A stretch of DNA of 64,000 nt from Gammaproteobacteria bacterium (GTDB lineage: Bacteria > Pseudomonadota > Gammaproteobacteria > JACKNK01). Position 1 is the first letter of the stretch; each line of letters opens with the position of its first letter. The stretch spans positions 5,437 through 69,436 of the forward strand of contig JBMYTL010000009.1 in NCBI GenBank assembly GCA_049604295.1, written 5' to 3'. This document shows positions 53,042-62,333 of this stretch, piece by piece. The notes beneath the pieces are model-generated. The model had not been told where the DNA came from, did no database searches, and worked only from the letters and a program-made list of their open reading frames with translations. A program made the translations under genes and the position numbers.

Positions 53042-54301
53042 TCAAAACGGGATACGCAGTCCGAGGCTCAGCCATGACGCCACCACACACCAAGCCACGA
53101 CCCAAACCACGGGCAGGCGCCACACCCGCAACAGACCGAAGCCGATCAGGGCAATCGCCAGATCGGCGCCATCATGTACGGCGGAGGTGAACACCGGATC
53201 GTAAAGAGCCACCCCCAACAGACCGACCACCGCCGCCCCGACACCGGCAATCCCATTCGCCGCTCCTGGGCGCCGTGCGATCCCCGACCACAGGGGCAGG
53301 GCGGCGGCGATGAGCATCATGCCGGGCAGGAACATGGCCAGCAGAGCGACCGCCGCGCCGGAGGGCCCGCCGCCGGTCTCTGAAAGGAGGCCGAGATAGG
53401 CGGAAAAGGCAAACATGGGCCCCGGAACCGCCTGCGCCGCGCCGTATCCGGCCAGGAACTGCTCCGCGCTGACCCCGCCGGGTCCAACCATGGACTCCTC
53501 CAGCAGCGGTAAAACCACGTGACCGCCCCCGAACACCAGGGCACCGGCGCGATAGAAGCGCTCCGCCAAAGCCAGGGTCTCGCCGAACCCGTGCTCACCG
53601 CCCCCTGCCGTGGTGAGGCTCACCACCACGGGCAAACCGAACAGAAGCACCGCGAAAAGCCCCAGCACCAAAGCGGCGGTCCGTCGCCCGAAACCCGAGC
53701 GCACGCCCACCTGACTGTCAGGTGCGGCTTCGTTCAACAGCATCACACCGGCGACGGCACCTCCCAGCACGACCAGAAGCTGTACCCAAACATCACCGGC
53801 CAACAAAAGGATCGCCGCCGCCAGCAGGGCGATGGATCGGCGTCGGGTATCCGGACACAACTTCGAGGACATGGCGAGCACGGCATCGGCAACCACGGCC
53901 ACCGCCACCAGCTTCAGGCCCTGGATAAGTCCCTGCCCCATGAGCTCCGGCAACCCGGGAAGCACCAAGGCAAAGGCCAACAGCAGGAACACCGAGGGCA
54001 GGGTGAAGGCCAGAAAGGCCGCCAGGCCCCCACCCCACCCGGCCCGGTGCAGCCCCAGGGCAAAGCCCAGCTGGCTGCTCGCGGGGCCGGGCAGAAAATG
54101 GGCCATGGCCAACAATTCAGAGAACCGTCGTTCATCGATCCATTGGCGTTGCTCGACCAGTGCTCGGCGGAAATAGCCGATATGGGCAACGGGACCTCCG
54201 AACGATGTCAGCCCGAGGCCGAGGAACACCCTGAAGACCTCGACGGCACCCCCGCCTGATTCCGCCTTTTCCGTCTGACCACTGTATGTCACCCGGCCCA
54301 C
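53042..54301 (-). CDS. chrA: Chromate ion transporter (CHR family, two-domain ChrA)
   Basis: 419 aa. The CHR motif is duplicated (LTSFGGPVAHIGYF… and LVFGGGHVVLPLL…). Confidence 0.88.
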   Translation of the reverse strand: MGRVTYSGQTEKAESGGGAVEVFRVFLGLGLTSFGGPVAHIGYFRRALVEQRQWIDERRFSELLAMAHFLPGPASSQLGFALGLHRAGWGGGLAAFLAFTLPSVFLLLAFALVLPGLPELMGQGLIQGLKLVAVAVVADAVLAMSSKLCPDTRRRSIALLAAAILLLAGDVWVQLLVVLGGAVAGVMLLNEAAPDSQVGVRSGFGRRTAALVLGLFAVLLFGLPVVVSLTTAGGGEHGFGETLALAERFYRAGALVFGGGHVVLPLLEESMVGPGGVSAEQFLAGYGAAQAVPGPMFAFSAYLGLLSETGGGPSGAAVALLAMFLPGMMLIAAALPLWSGIARRPGAANGIAGVGAAVVGLLGVALYDPVFTSAVHDGADLAIALIGFGLLRVWRLPVVWVVAWCVVASWLSLGLRIPF

Positions 54302-54365
54302 CTCCCGCTCAGCAAACCCTCAAGCCTGACTGGCCGCGGTTACAGCAACATGATCAGCGAACCGC

Positions 54366-54755
54366 TCAGTGCCGGGTGAAGGAAACGCCGACCTGTTTCC
54401 CGTAGGCGTTCTCGTAGTCCAGATCGATGCTCATGCCGCCATCCACCGTGGTCACCTTCACCTGTTTCAGGTCAGGCTGTCTCAGGGCCAGCCAGGCACA
54501 CATGGCGGCGGCCATCGCCTCGTTGTCGGATTGGATCGCATGCACGAGATTGGCGGCCACGAACCGCACCCGGGCGGCCATGTCCGGGTCGGCGACAGGC
54601 GTCCCGTCCTCCTCGATTCCCTGCGCCATCTTCTCGTCCATCTTGTCGAGATAAAGCTCCTGCTGGGGCGGCAGAGGCTTGGCACGGTCGTATTCAAGTT
54701 GGGCGACGCCATCGAGCAGGACGGCCAGCAGATCGGACATGGTGAGAAATCGCAC
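54366..54755 (-). CDS. Hypothetical protein (129 aa) upstream of chrA
   Basis: It is the only plausible ORF in this interval, acidic and soluble-looking, on the same strand as chrA and 64 nt upstream of it. No family recognised. Confidence 0.45.
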   Translation of the reverse strand: MRFLTMSDLLAVLLDGVAQLEYDRAKPLPPQQELYLDKMDEKMAQGIEEDGTPVADPDMAARVRFVAANLVHAIQSDNEAMAAAMCAWLALRQPDLKQVKVTTVDGGMSIDLDYENAYGKQVGVSFTRH

Positions 54756-54930
54756 TTCGCGGACTGGAGGCCGAAAGGTAGCGGCACGCGACGGCGGCGC
54801 AGGAACACTTGCAGGAAGGAAATTCCCCTACAAAGCGCATCGCCGCGCAAATCCACTGCATACCCATCGTGAAATGACGTCATCGAGCATGGCTAGAATC
54901 CGCGCTCCCGCCACAGCGCAGCACCACCCC

Positions 54931-55764
54931 ATGAGCACGGCCCATCTCTCCCGCGAACACCTCGGTCAATGGATCGAATCGACAACCGTGCAACGGTTTG
55001 TCGTAGCCCTGATCATCATCAACGCCGTCACGCTCGGCTTGGAGACATCGCGGGTCGCCATGGACACGGCGGGCGGCCTGCTCAAGTTCATCGACCGAAC
55101 CCTGCTGTTCGTGTTCGCCGCCGAAATCGCCGTAAAGTTGTATGCCTTCGGCCCACGGTTCTTCCGCAATCCCTGGAACGTGTTCGACTTCCTCGTGGTC
55201 GGCATCGCCCTGGTTCCCTCCAGCGGCCCGCTCACCGTGCTGCGCGTGCTGCGTCTGCTGCGTCTGATCTCGCTGGTTCCGCGCTTCCGCTTCGTTGTCG
55301 AATCCCTGTTGCGCGCGATCCCGGGCATCATGTCCATCGCCGGTCTGCTGGTGATTCTGTTCTACGTGGCCGCGGTCATGGCCACCGGTCTTTTCGGCGG
55401 CCGTTTTCCCGAATGGTTCGGCACCATCGGAGACTCCATGTACACCCTGTTCCAGGTCATGACTCTTGAGAGCTGGTCCATGGGCATCGCGCGGCCGGTC
55501 ATGGATGTCTTTCCGTGGGCCTGGATGTTTTTCATCCCGTTCATACTCATTGCCACCTTCACGATGCTCAACCTGTTCATCGCGATCATCGTGAGCACCA
55601 TGCAATCCATGGTCGATGAGCAATCCAGCAAGGAAACCGGGGCGATCAGCGAAGTCGTGCACGGCGACAACGCCCTCTTGCTTGAACGCCTGGACACGTT
55701 GCACGACGAAATGCGCGCACTGCGCGCCCAAATTGCCGAACACGGCTCGAAGCCCTCCGATTGA
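54931..55764 (+). CDS. Bacterial voltage-gated sodium channel (NaChBac/BacNaV family)
   Basis: S4 has Arg at every third position (LRVLRLLRLISLVPRFR). The pore/selectivity filter FQVMTLESWSMGIARPVM is the NaChBac TLESW signature. There are six TM segments and a C-terminal coiled-coil (LLERLDTLHDEMRALRAQIAEH). The start at 54931 gives about 277 aa; in-frame alternatives exist at 54874 and 54889. Confidence 0.88.
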   Translation: MSTAHLSREHLGQWIESTTVQRFVVALIIINAVTLGLETSRVAMDTAGGLLKFIDRTLLFVFAAEIAVKLYAFGPRFFRNPWNVFDFLVVGIALVPSSGPLTVLRVLRLLRLISLVPRFRFVVESLLRAIPGIMSIAGLLVILFYVAAVMATGLFGGRFPEWFGTIGDSMYTLFQVMTLESWSMGIARPVMDVFPWAWMFFIPFILIATFTMLNLFIAIIVSTMQSMVDEQSSKETGAISEVVHGDNALLLERLDTLHDEMRALRAQIAEHGSKPSD

Positions 55765-55911
55765 CCCGGTTCCCGGTTGACCGGCCTGCCGTTTGACTGG
55801 CCTCATGGGGTAACGGAAAGGTTGCATCCAGCCCGATGCAAACCGCCCTCAACCATCCAATGCGCGCGACACATGGCGTAGGTGGGTCCCCGACAGCCCG
55901 GAGCGAACGGC

Positions 55912-56366
55912 ATGGCCGAAATCGACGACCTGATCAAGCAGGCATCGGAGGAAATCGATGCCCAGGACGAGGAAGTACGTGCGGTCCATGCCAACCAGAA
56001 CGATCGCGGGAAACGCCGGGGGAGCCGACTATCGTTACTCATGACCACGATCGCCGTACTGGCCCTCGGCATCGCTGCGTACGCCTTCACACGCCCGCCG
56101 GCTCCATCCTTGCAGCGCGAATCCACAACGGCGGTGGATCGCCTGGACCGCACCATCGCGGACATGATCGAGATCGGTCGGCTGCTCTCCAATGATCGCG
56201 AACCCGAGGCCGGACGTATCTGCCCCGGGACGGGCAGGCCCTATACGAGAACCCTCGACGGCAACCGGATCACCTACTCATGTCCGGGCACGCTGGATAT
56301 GGGTTACCCGTCGCTGACCGTCAGCAATCAGGACCCCATACCCCGGCTGGGCACGGCGAGGTCACA

Positions 56367-56370
<4 letters not shown>
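55912..56370 (+). CDS. Hypothetical single-pass membrane protein (152 aa)
   Basis: The ATG at 55912 has GGAG 8 nt upstream. It has an acidic N-terminus, one TM segment (LSLLMTTIAVLALGIAAYAF) and a C-terminal domain with two CPGT motifs. Its stop overlaps the pilin-like gene's ATG (ATGA). Confidence 0.55.
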
Positions 56371-57140
<770 letters not shown>

Positions 57141-57309
57141 CAACGCCCGCTGGCAGCGAACGGGCAGCCTCGCGGAATCGCGCAGGTGCTTCCCCCGTTT
57201 TGCCTTGGCATCTGCACGGTTCATGCACCGAAGCCCCCTAGGCTGTGTACCAGGGAAAGCCGGGACCGTCCCGGAACGCCCCGAACACCCCGGTACGGAG
57301 GGCTCGATC

Positions 57310-57765
57310 ATGAACACACGCAAACTCATTCTCATCGCGGCCATCGCAGCGGCCACTGCCGCCAGCGCCTTCGCGGGTCCGCGAGGCCAGGGCTTTGGTG
57401 CGGGCGACTGTCCCCGTGCCCAGTCCGCCACCACAACCGCCAACGTCAGTCGCCGGGCCGACGCCAGTGCCTGGGCAGCACAACGTGCCCGGTACCTGGG
57501 CGAGCGTCTGGGCCTGAGTGACGCACAAAAAACCGAGGTGGAAGCGATCTTCATCGCCAACGCGGCCACACTCCCCGCCGCGCGCGAACAGATGCATCAG
57601 GCCATCTCCGCTGTGCTCACGAACGACCAGCGTGCCCGTTGGACGCCCGGCGCCATGAACCGGGTCAAGACCTCTCCGCGGGGCCCGGGCGGAATGCATC
57701 GGTCCATGCAAAGACCGATGAAAGGTAACGGCTCCGGCACCTGCCCACGCGCCGTTCAGGGCTGA
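57310..57765 (+). CDS. Spy/CpxP-family (LTxxQ-motif) periplasmic protein
   Basis: MNTRKLILIAAIAAATAASAFA is a signal peptide. It has two LTxxQ-type motifs (LGLSDAQKTEV, VLTNDQRARW). The ATG at 57310 was verified. Confidence 0.65.
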   Translation: MNTRKLILIAAIAAATAASAFAGPRGQGFGAGDCPRAQSATTTANVSRRADASAWAAQRARYLGERLGLSDAQKTEVEAIFIANAATLPAAREQMHQAISAVLTNDQRARWTPGAMNRVKTSPRGPGGMHRSMQRPMKGNGSGTCPRAVQG

Positions 57766-57811
57766 TCCGCACTGACCTGGGAGCCGCAATCAATCCCGAG
57801 CTGAGAAAGCG

Positions 57812-57855
57812 CCAAACAAAATCGCGGCGGCCAAACCGGCCGCCGCGATGGCGTT
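57812..57855. terminator. Bidirectional terminator hairpin (12-bp perfect stem) between the Spy-like gene and egtD
   Basis: ATCGCGGCGGCC (57821-32) pairs with GGCCGCCGCGAT (57838-49) across a 5-nt loop. The minus-strand side is followed by TTTTGTTTG, the plus-strand side by GGCGTTTC. Confidence 0.75.
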
Positions 57856-57887
57856 TCAGCCCCTGCGAAGCGCCACCCTCGCGGCGC

Positions 57888-58886
57888 TCAGGCAACCTCG
57901 AGCAGGTAGATCGCGAACAGGTTGCCGTCCCCCAACCAATGGCGCACGGGCCGAAACCCGGCATTGGCGGCCAGGTCCAGGAACTCTTCCGGCGCGTACT
58001 TGTAGGAACACTCGGTGTGCACGGTCTCACCCGCACGCAGCTCGAAACGCCGCCCATCGACCCGCACGGACTGTTCCGCCCGGCTCACCAGGTGCATCTC
58101 GATCCGCCCGGCGTCGGCATTGTAGAAGGCCATGTGCTCAAAGCACTCCGGGTCGATGTCGGTATCCAGTTCCCTGCGCATGCGATGCAGCAGGTTCAGG
58201 TTGAAGCGCGCGGTCACGCCGGCGGCATCGTTGTAGGCCGCGTTCAACACCCCGTCGGATTTCTTGGTGTCCACGCCAATGAGCAGCATGCCTCCACCGC
58301 CCACCGTCTCCGCCACCATGGAAAGAAAACCCTGCGCCTCGGAGGGATCGAAATTGCCCAGGCTGGACCCGGGGAAGAAGCACAACCGCTCCCCCCCGGG
58401 GGCAGCCGAGGGCACGGGCATCGAGTGGGTGAAATCCACGCAGGCCGCATGCACCGGCAACCACGGATACTCGTTCACCAGTTCGTGGGCCATGGTCCTG
58501 AGGTAATCGCAGGAGATGTCCATGGGCACAAACGCCGCGGGCTTCAGCGCATCGAGCAATAAACGCGCCTTGGCCAGACTGCCTGCCCCCGGTTCGATCA
58601 GCACGCGCCCTGTACCGGTGAGCGCGGCAATCTCATCCGCACGTTCCACCAACATGCGCCGCTCCACCTCGGGTACGTAGTACTCCGGTTGGGCGCAGAT
58701 AGCGTCGAACAGCTCCGAGCCCACCTCGTCGTAGAAGAATTTCGGGGGGATCGCCTTCTCCGTCCGCGACAACCCCTCCACCACCGCGTCGTAAAGGCTG
58801 AGCCCCTCCGGCTTGTGATCGTCGAAGGTCAGAAGCGGTCCATCCGGCATGTCGCCCACGGGCCGGGCCTTGATAACGGCGCTCAT
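57888..58886 (-). CDS. egtD: L-histidine N(alpha)-methyltransferase (ergothioneine pathway)
   Basis: 332 aa with IPPKFFYDEVGSELFDAICAQPEYY, IEPGAGSLAKARLLL, FFPGSSLGNF, NAAYNDAAGVTARFNLNLL and ECSYKY. Its ATG overlaps the egtB stop by 1 nt. Confidence 0.9.
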   Translation of the reverse strand: MSAVIKARPVGDMPDGPLLTFDDHKPEGLSLYDAVVEGLSRTEKAIPPKFFYDEVGSELFDAICAQPEYYVPEVERRMLVERADEIAALTGTGRVLIEPGAGSLAKARLLLDALKPAAFVPMDISCDYLRTMAHELVNEYPWLPVHAACVDFTHSMPVPSAAPGGERLCFFPGSSLGNFDPSEAQGFLSMVAETVGGGGMLLIGVDTKKSDGVLNAAYNDAAGVTARFNLNLLHRMRRELDTDIDPECFEHMAFYNADAGRIEMHLVSRAEQSVRVDGRRFELRAGETVHTECSYKYAPEEFLDLAANAGFRPVRHWLGDGNLFAIYLLEVA

Positions 58887-60148
58887 CAGGCATCCTCCGC
58901 CAGGCGCAGGCCGGTGAAGGCCCAGCGGTCATGGGGGTAGAAGAAGTTCCGGTAGCTTGCCCGGGCGTGCCCCTCGGGCGTGGCGCAGCAACCGCCTTTC
59001 AACACCATCTGGTTCGACATGAACTTGCCGTTGTACTCGCCCATGGAGCCCTCCAGGGGCTTGAAACCCGGGTAAGGCCCGTAGGGTGTGGCCGTCCAGG
59101 CCCACAGATCACCGAACCACTGCCCCCCCTCACCGGCCGGAGCGGGATGCAGCAGGTCCATGCCCGCGAAATTGCCCTGCACGGGCTTGTCCGCGAGAAC
59201 CGTCTCCAACTCGTCTTCCAGAGGCAGACGCTTGCCGACCCAGCGCGCGTAGGCGTCGGCCTCGTAAAAACTGAGATGGCAGACCGGCTCATGGGGGTTG
59301 AGCGGACGCTGCCCGCCCAGGGTGAACTGCTTCCATCCGTCGTCGGTCCGCTCCCAATACAGCGGGTTGCGCCAGCCCTCGCGACGGATCAGGTACCAAC
59401 CGTCGGCCAACCACAGGGCCGGGTCGTCGTAGCCACCGTCTTCCATGAACTCCAGAAATTCGCCGTTCGTCACCAGGCGGTCGGCCAGCCGATGATCGCG
59501 GGTCAAAACGCGATGCCGCGGGGTTTCGTTATCGAAGGCGAAGCCCTCGCCCGAGGCCCCGATCTCGCGAATTCCGCCCGGCCGCTCGATCCAGGCCATG
59601 GGCCGCGTCTGTCCCCCGGGCACAACCAGGTCCTCACGGTAAGCGGGCTTCATGGGGTTCACGGAAAGGTTGTGCTTGATGTCCATGAACAGCAGTTCCT
59701 GGTGTTGCTGTTCGTGATTGAGGCCCAGCGTCACGCGGAAGACCAACTCGTCCCACTGGTTGTCAGGCACCGAGCCCATGAGATCCTCCATGGCGGCATC
59801 GACGTGGGCCCGGTACGCGTAGACCTGCTCCACGGTCGGCCGTGACAGCAGGCCCCGCTTGGGGCGCGGGTGCATGCTCCCCACGGTCTCGTAGTAGCTG
59901 TTGAACAGATAGGCGAATTGCGGGTGAAACGGGCGATAGTCCGGCCGGAACCGTGGCAACACGAATGTCTCGAAGAACCAGGTGATGTGGGCGATATGCC
60001 ACTTGGGCGGACTGGTCTCGACGATGGACTGGATCTGGTAATCGTCGGTGGCGAGGGGGGCGCAGATGGTCTCACTGAAGGCGCGTACCTGGCGGTAGGC
60101 CTGAACCAAAGCCTCGCGGCCCGGGGCGGGGGCCGTCTGGTTGATCAT
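58886..60148 (-). CDS. egtB: Ergothioneine biosynthesis sulfoxide synthase EgtB (DinB-like plus FGE-sulfatase domains)
   Basis: From the Met at 60148 (MINQTAPAPG…) it has DinB-type His ligands (WHIAHITWFFE, NHEQQHQELL) and a C-terminal FGE-like domain (GDLWAWTATPYGPYPGFKP, KGGCCATP). The track ORF is 48 codons longer. Confidence 0.88.
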   Translation of the reverse strand: MINQTAPAPGREALVQAYRQVRAFSETICAPLATDDYQIQSIVETSPPKWHIAHITWFFETFVLPRFRPDYRPFHPQFAYLFNSYYETVGSMHPRPKRGLLSRPTVEQVYAYRAHVDAAMEDLMGSVPDNQWDELVFRVTLGLNHEQQHQELLFMDIKHNLSVNPMKPAYREDLVVPGGQTRPMAWIERPGGIREIGASGEGFAFDNETPRHRVLTRDHRLADRLVTNGEFLEFMEDGGYDDPALWLADGWYLIRREGWRNPLYWERTDDGWKQFTLGGQRPLNPHEPVCHLSFYEADAYARWVGKRLPLEDELETVLADKPVQGNFAGMDLLHPAPAGEGGQWFGDLWAWTATPYGPYPGFKPLEGSMGEYNGKFMSNQMVLKGGCCATPEGHARASYRNFFYPHDRWAFTGLRLAEDA

Positions 60149-60663
60149 ATGTGTTGTTCCTGAAGGCGGTGTACGTGGCCGTCCGATGGTTCGGACCGAC
60201 ACGGTGTAACTTACCCAAATTACAGCGCCGTAACCGCCTGGGGTGTCCCCATGGCCTGTATGGCTTGCCGCCTTTGCGTCGCCTGCCCCCACGGTGATTG
60301 ACGGCGTTCAGGGCGCCGTGACGGGCCCGCGCGCCAGCCCCCGAATCGAAGGCTCCGCGGCCAAACGCCCACAGGCCATCGGGTTATGCCCCCCGTACGC
60401 AACACGCCACTGGCGAACACGATCCCCCTCACGCGGACGCTGGACGGGCATACCGATCCGCGTGCCCCCCCATGGTCCACACGCCACAATCCATCCACTA
60501 ACAGCACCGAAATCACGCCCCCGGCATCCGTTCGCTGCCGCAAGGTGGCAATTCCATAAGGCATGAACAGGACAAACCCGATGACCGCTTGAGGCGGGCG
60601 CACGGCTCATGGATGACTCTCTGTCGCTGGCAATCCCCCAGTCAGCGGACAACGGAGCCGGTC

Positions 60664-62250
60664 TTGAGCGACGCAATTGAGGTGGTCTGGTTCAAACGCG
60701 ACCTGCGCACCACCGATCACGCCCCCCTCGCAAGGGCCGCGGAGGCGGGCCCCTGTCTCGGCCTATACGTGTATGAGGACAGCCTGCTCGCAAGCCCGGA
60801 GTTCAGCCCCGCGCACCTGGACTTCATCAACCAGGCCCTGGACGAACTCGAAACACGACTGGGCGCACTGGGCGGCCATCTGCTGCGCGTGCGTGGCGAA
60901 GTCGTGGATATCCTTGATCGCATCCATGATGGCCCCGGAATCGCGACCTTGTGGTCCCACGAGGAGACGGGAAACGCCATCACCTACCGTCGCGACCGGG
61001 CGGTCGCGCGCTGGGCTGAAAAAACCGGCGTGACCTGGATGGAGCTCCCCAACCACGGGGTGTTCCGGCGCCTGAGGGACCGGGATGGCTGGTCGCGCCG
61101 CTGGGCCCGACGCATGGCCGAACCGCTGACGGCCACACCGGTGCGCCTCACGCCAGCGACAGAGGACGCGTGGCAACGACTGACCTCCCGCTTGCCGCCG
61201 CCGGGTCCGCTGACCCCGGATGACCTGGGTTGGTCGCGGGAACAGACACCGTGGCAATCCGGCGGCGAAGGGCACGCCAACGACGTGCTCAACGACTTTC
61301 TCGCGACGCGCGGCCGGGCCTATTCGGGCGGCATGTCCAGCCCGGTCACCGCCTTCGACGCGTGCAGCCGCCTCAGCCCCCACCTGGCCTGGGGCACGTT
61401 ATCCATGCGCACCATCGTGCAGGCCACCCGGGATCGCCGAGCGGCCATCAAGGCGGCGGGCAAACGCGACGGCTGGGGCAAGTCCCTGTCGGCCTTTGCC
61501 CAGCGCCTGCGCTGGCACTGCCATTTCATGCAGAAGCTGGAGGACGAACCGGAGCTCGAGTTCCGCAACCTGAGCCGCATCTACGACGGTCTGCGCGAGG
61601 ACGACTGGAACGAGGACCATTTCCAGGCCTGGGCCAATGGCCAGACCGGCTATCCCATGGTGGACGCCTGCATGCGCGCTTTGCTGCACGGCGGCTGGAT
61701 CAACTTCCGCATGCGCGCCATGCTGGTGAGCTTCGCCAGCTACCACCTGTGGCTGCACTGGCCGCGCACGGCCCAACACCTCGGCCGCCTGTTTCTCGAC
61801 TTTGAACCCGGCATCCACTATCCCCAGGTACAGATGCAATCGGGCACCACCGGTATCAACACGGTGCGCATCTACTCGCCCAGCAAGCAGGTGCTGGATC
61901 AGGACCCCACCGGCGTGTTCATCCGCCAATGGTGCCCCGAACTGAGCGGTGTACCCGATGAATTCCTGGCCCAACCGGAAACCATGAGCCGCGCCCAGCA
62001 GGAGGCCAGTGGCTGCGTAATCGGCCGGGACTACCCCGCCCCCATCGTCGAGCACACCAGCGCGTATCGGCAAGCCCGGCAACGCATCTACGCCGTGCGA
62101 CGAACCGCGCAGGCCCGGAGCGAGGCGGAGGCGGTTTACGACAAACATGGCTCACGGCGGCGTCCGTCGGCCGCTGGCAGGGGCGCGGTTGCAACACGCA
62201 CCGGCACGGCCCGCGCCGGAAAAGCACAGCCACGCCCGGGAAAGACTTAG
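60664..62250 (+). CDS. Cryptochrome/photolyase-family flavoprotein
   Basis: It has an N-terminal photolyase alpha/beta domain (VVWFKRDLRTTDHAPL) and an FAD-binding domain (SRLSPHLAWGTLS, GYPMVDACMRAL…GWINFRMRAML). The TTG at 60664 has GGAG 6 nt upstream. In-frame ATG alternatives exist at 60613 and 60589. Confidence 0.82.
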   Translation: MSDAIEVVWFKRDLRTTDHAPLARAAEAGPCLGLYVYEDSLLASPEFSPAHLDFINQALDELETRLGALGGHLLRVRGEVVDILDRIHDGPGIATLWSHEETGNAITYRRDRAVARWAEKTGVTWMELPNHGVFRRLRDRDGWSRRWARRMAEPLTATPVRLTPATEDAWQRLTSRLPPPGPLTPDDLGWSREQTPWQSGGEGHANDVLNDFLATRGRAYSGGMSSPVTAFDACSRLSPHLAWGTLSMRTIVQATRDRRAAIKAAGKRDGWGKSLSAFAQRLRWHCHFMQKLEDEPELEFRNLSRIYDGLREDDWNEDHFQAWANGQTGYPMVDACMRALLHGGWINFRMRAMLVSFASYHLWLHWPRTAQHLGRLFLDFEPGIHYPQVQMQSGTTGINTVRIYSPSKQVLDQDPTGVFIRQWCPELSGVPDEFLAQPETMSRAQQEASGCVIGRDYPAPIVEHTSAYRQARQRIYAVRRTAQARSEAEAVYDKHGSRRRPSAAGRGAVATRTGTARAGKAQPRPGKT

Positions 62251-62333
62251 GACGACCGCACTCCTGTCCGCGATTGCGGGCCCGCACGATCTGGACAATC
62301 CCCGGACTTGCACAGTCACGGGAGACATCAATC

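Noticed and set aside
54880-55827. 315-aa (-) ORF antisense to the sodium-channel gene
   Set aside because: It is a low-complexity His/Gly/Asp/Arg-rich translation. The plus-strand frame carries the S4 and TLESW signatures.
60220-60676. Three 107-127-aa ORFs in the egtB/photolyase spacer
   Set aside because: Their translations are Arg/Pro/Trp/Gly-rich with no motifs or RBS, and they overlap each other in different frames. I treated the region as non-coding and flagged it as a finding instead.
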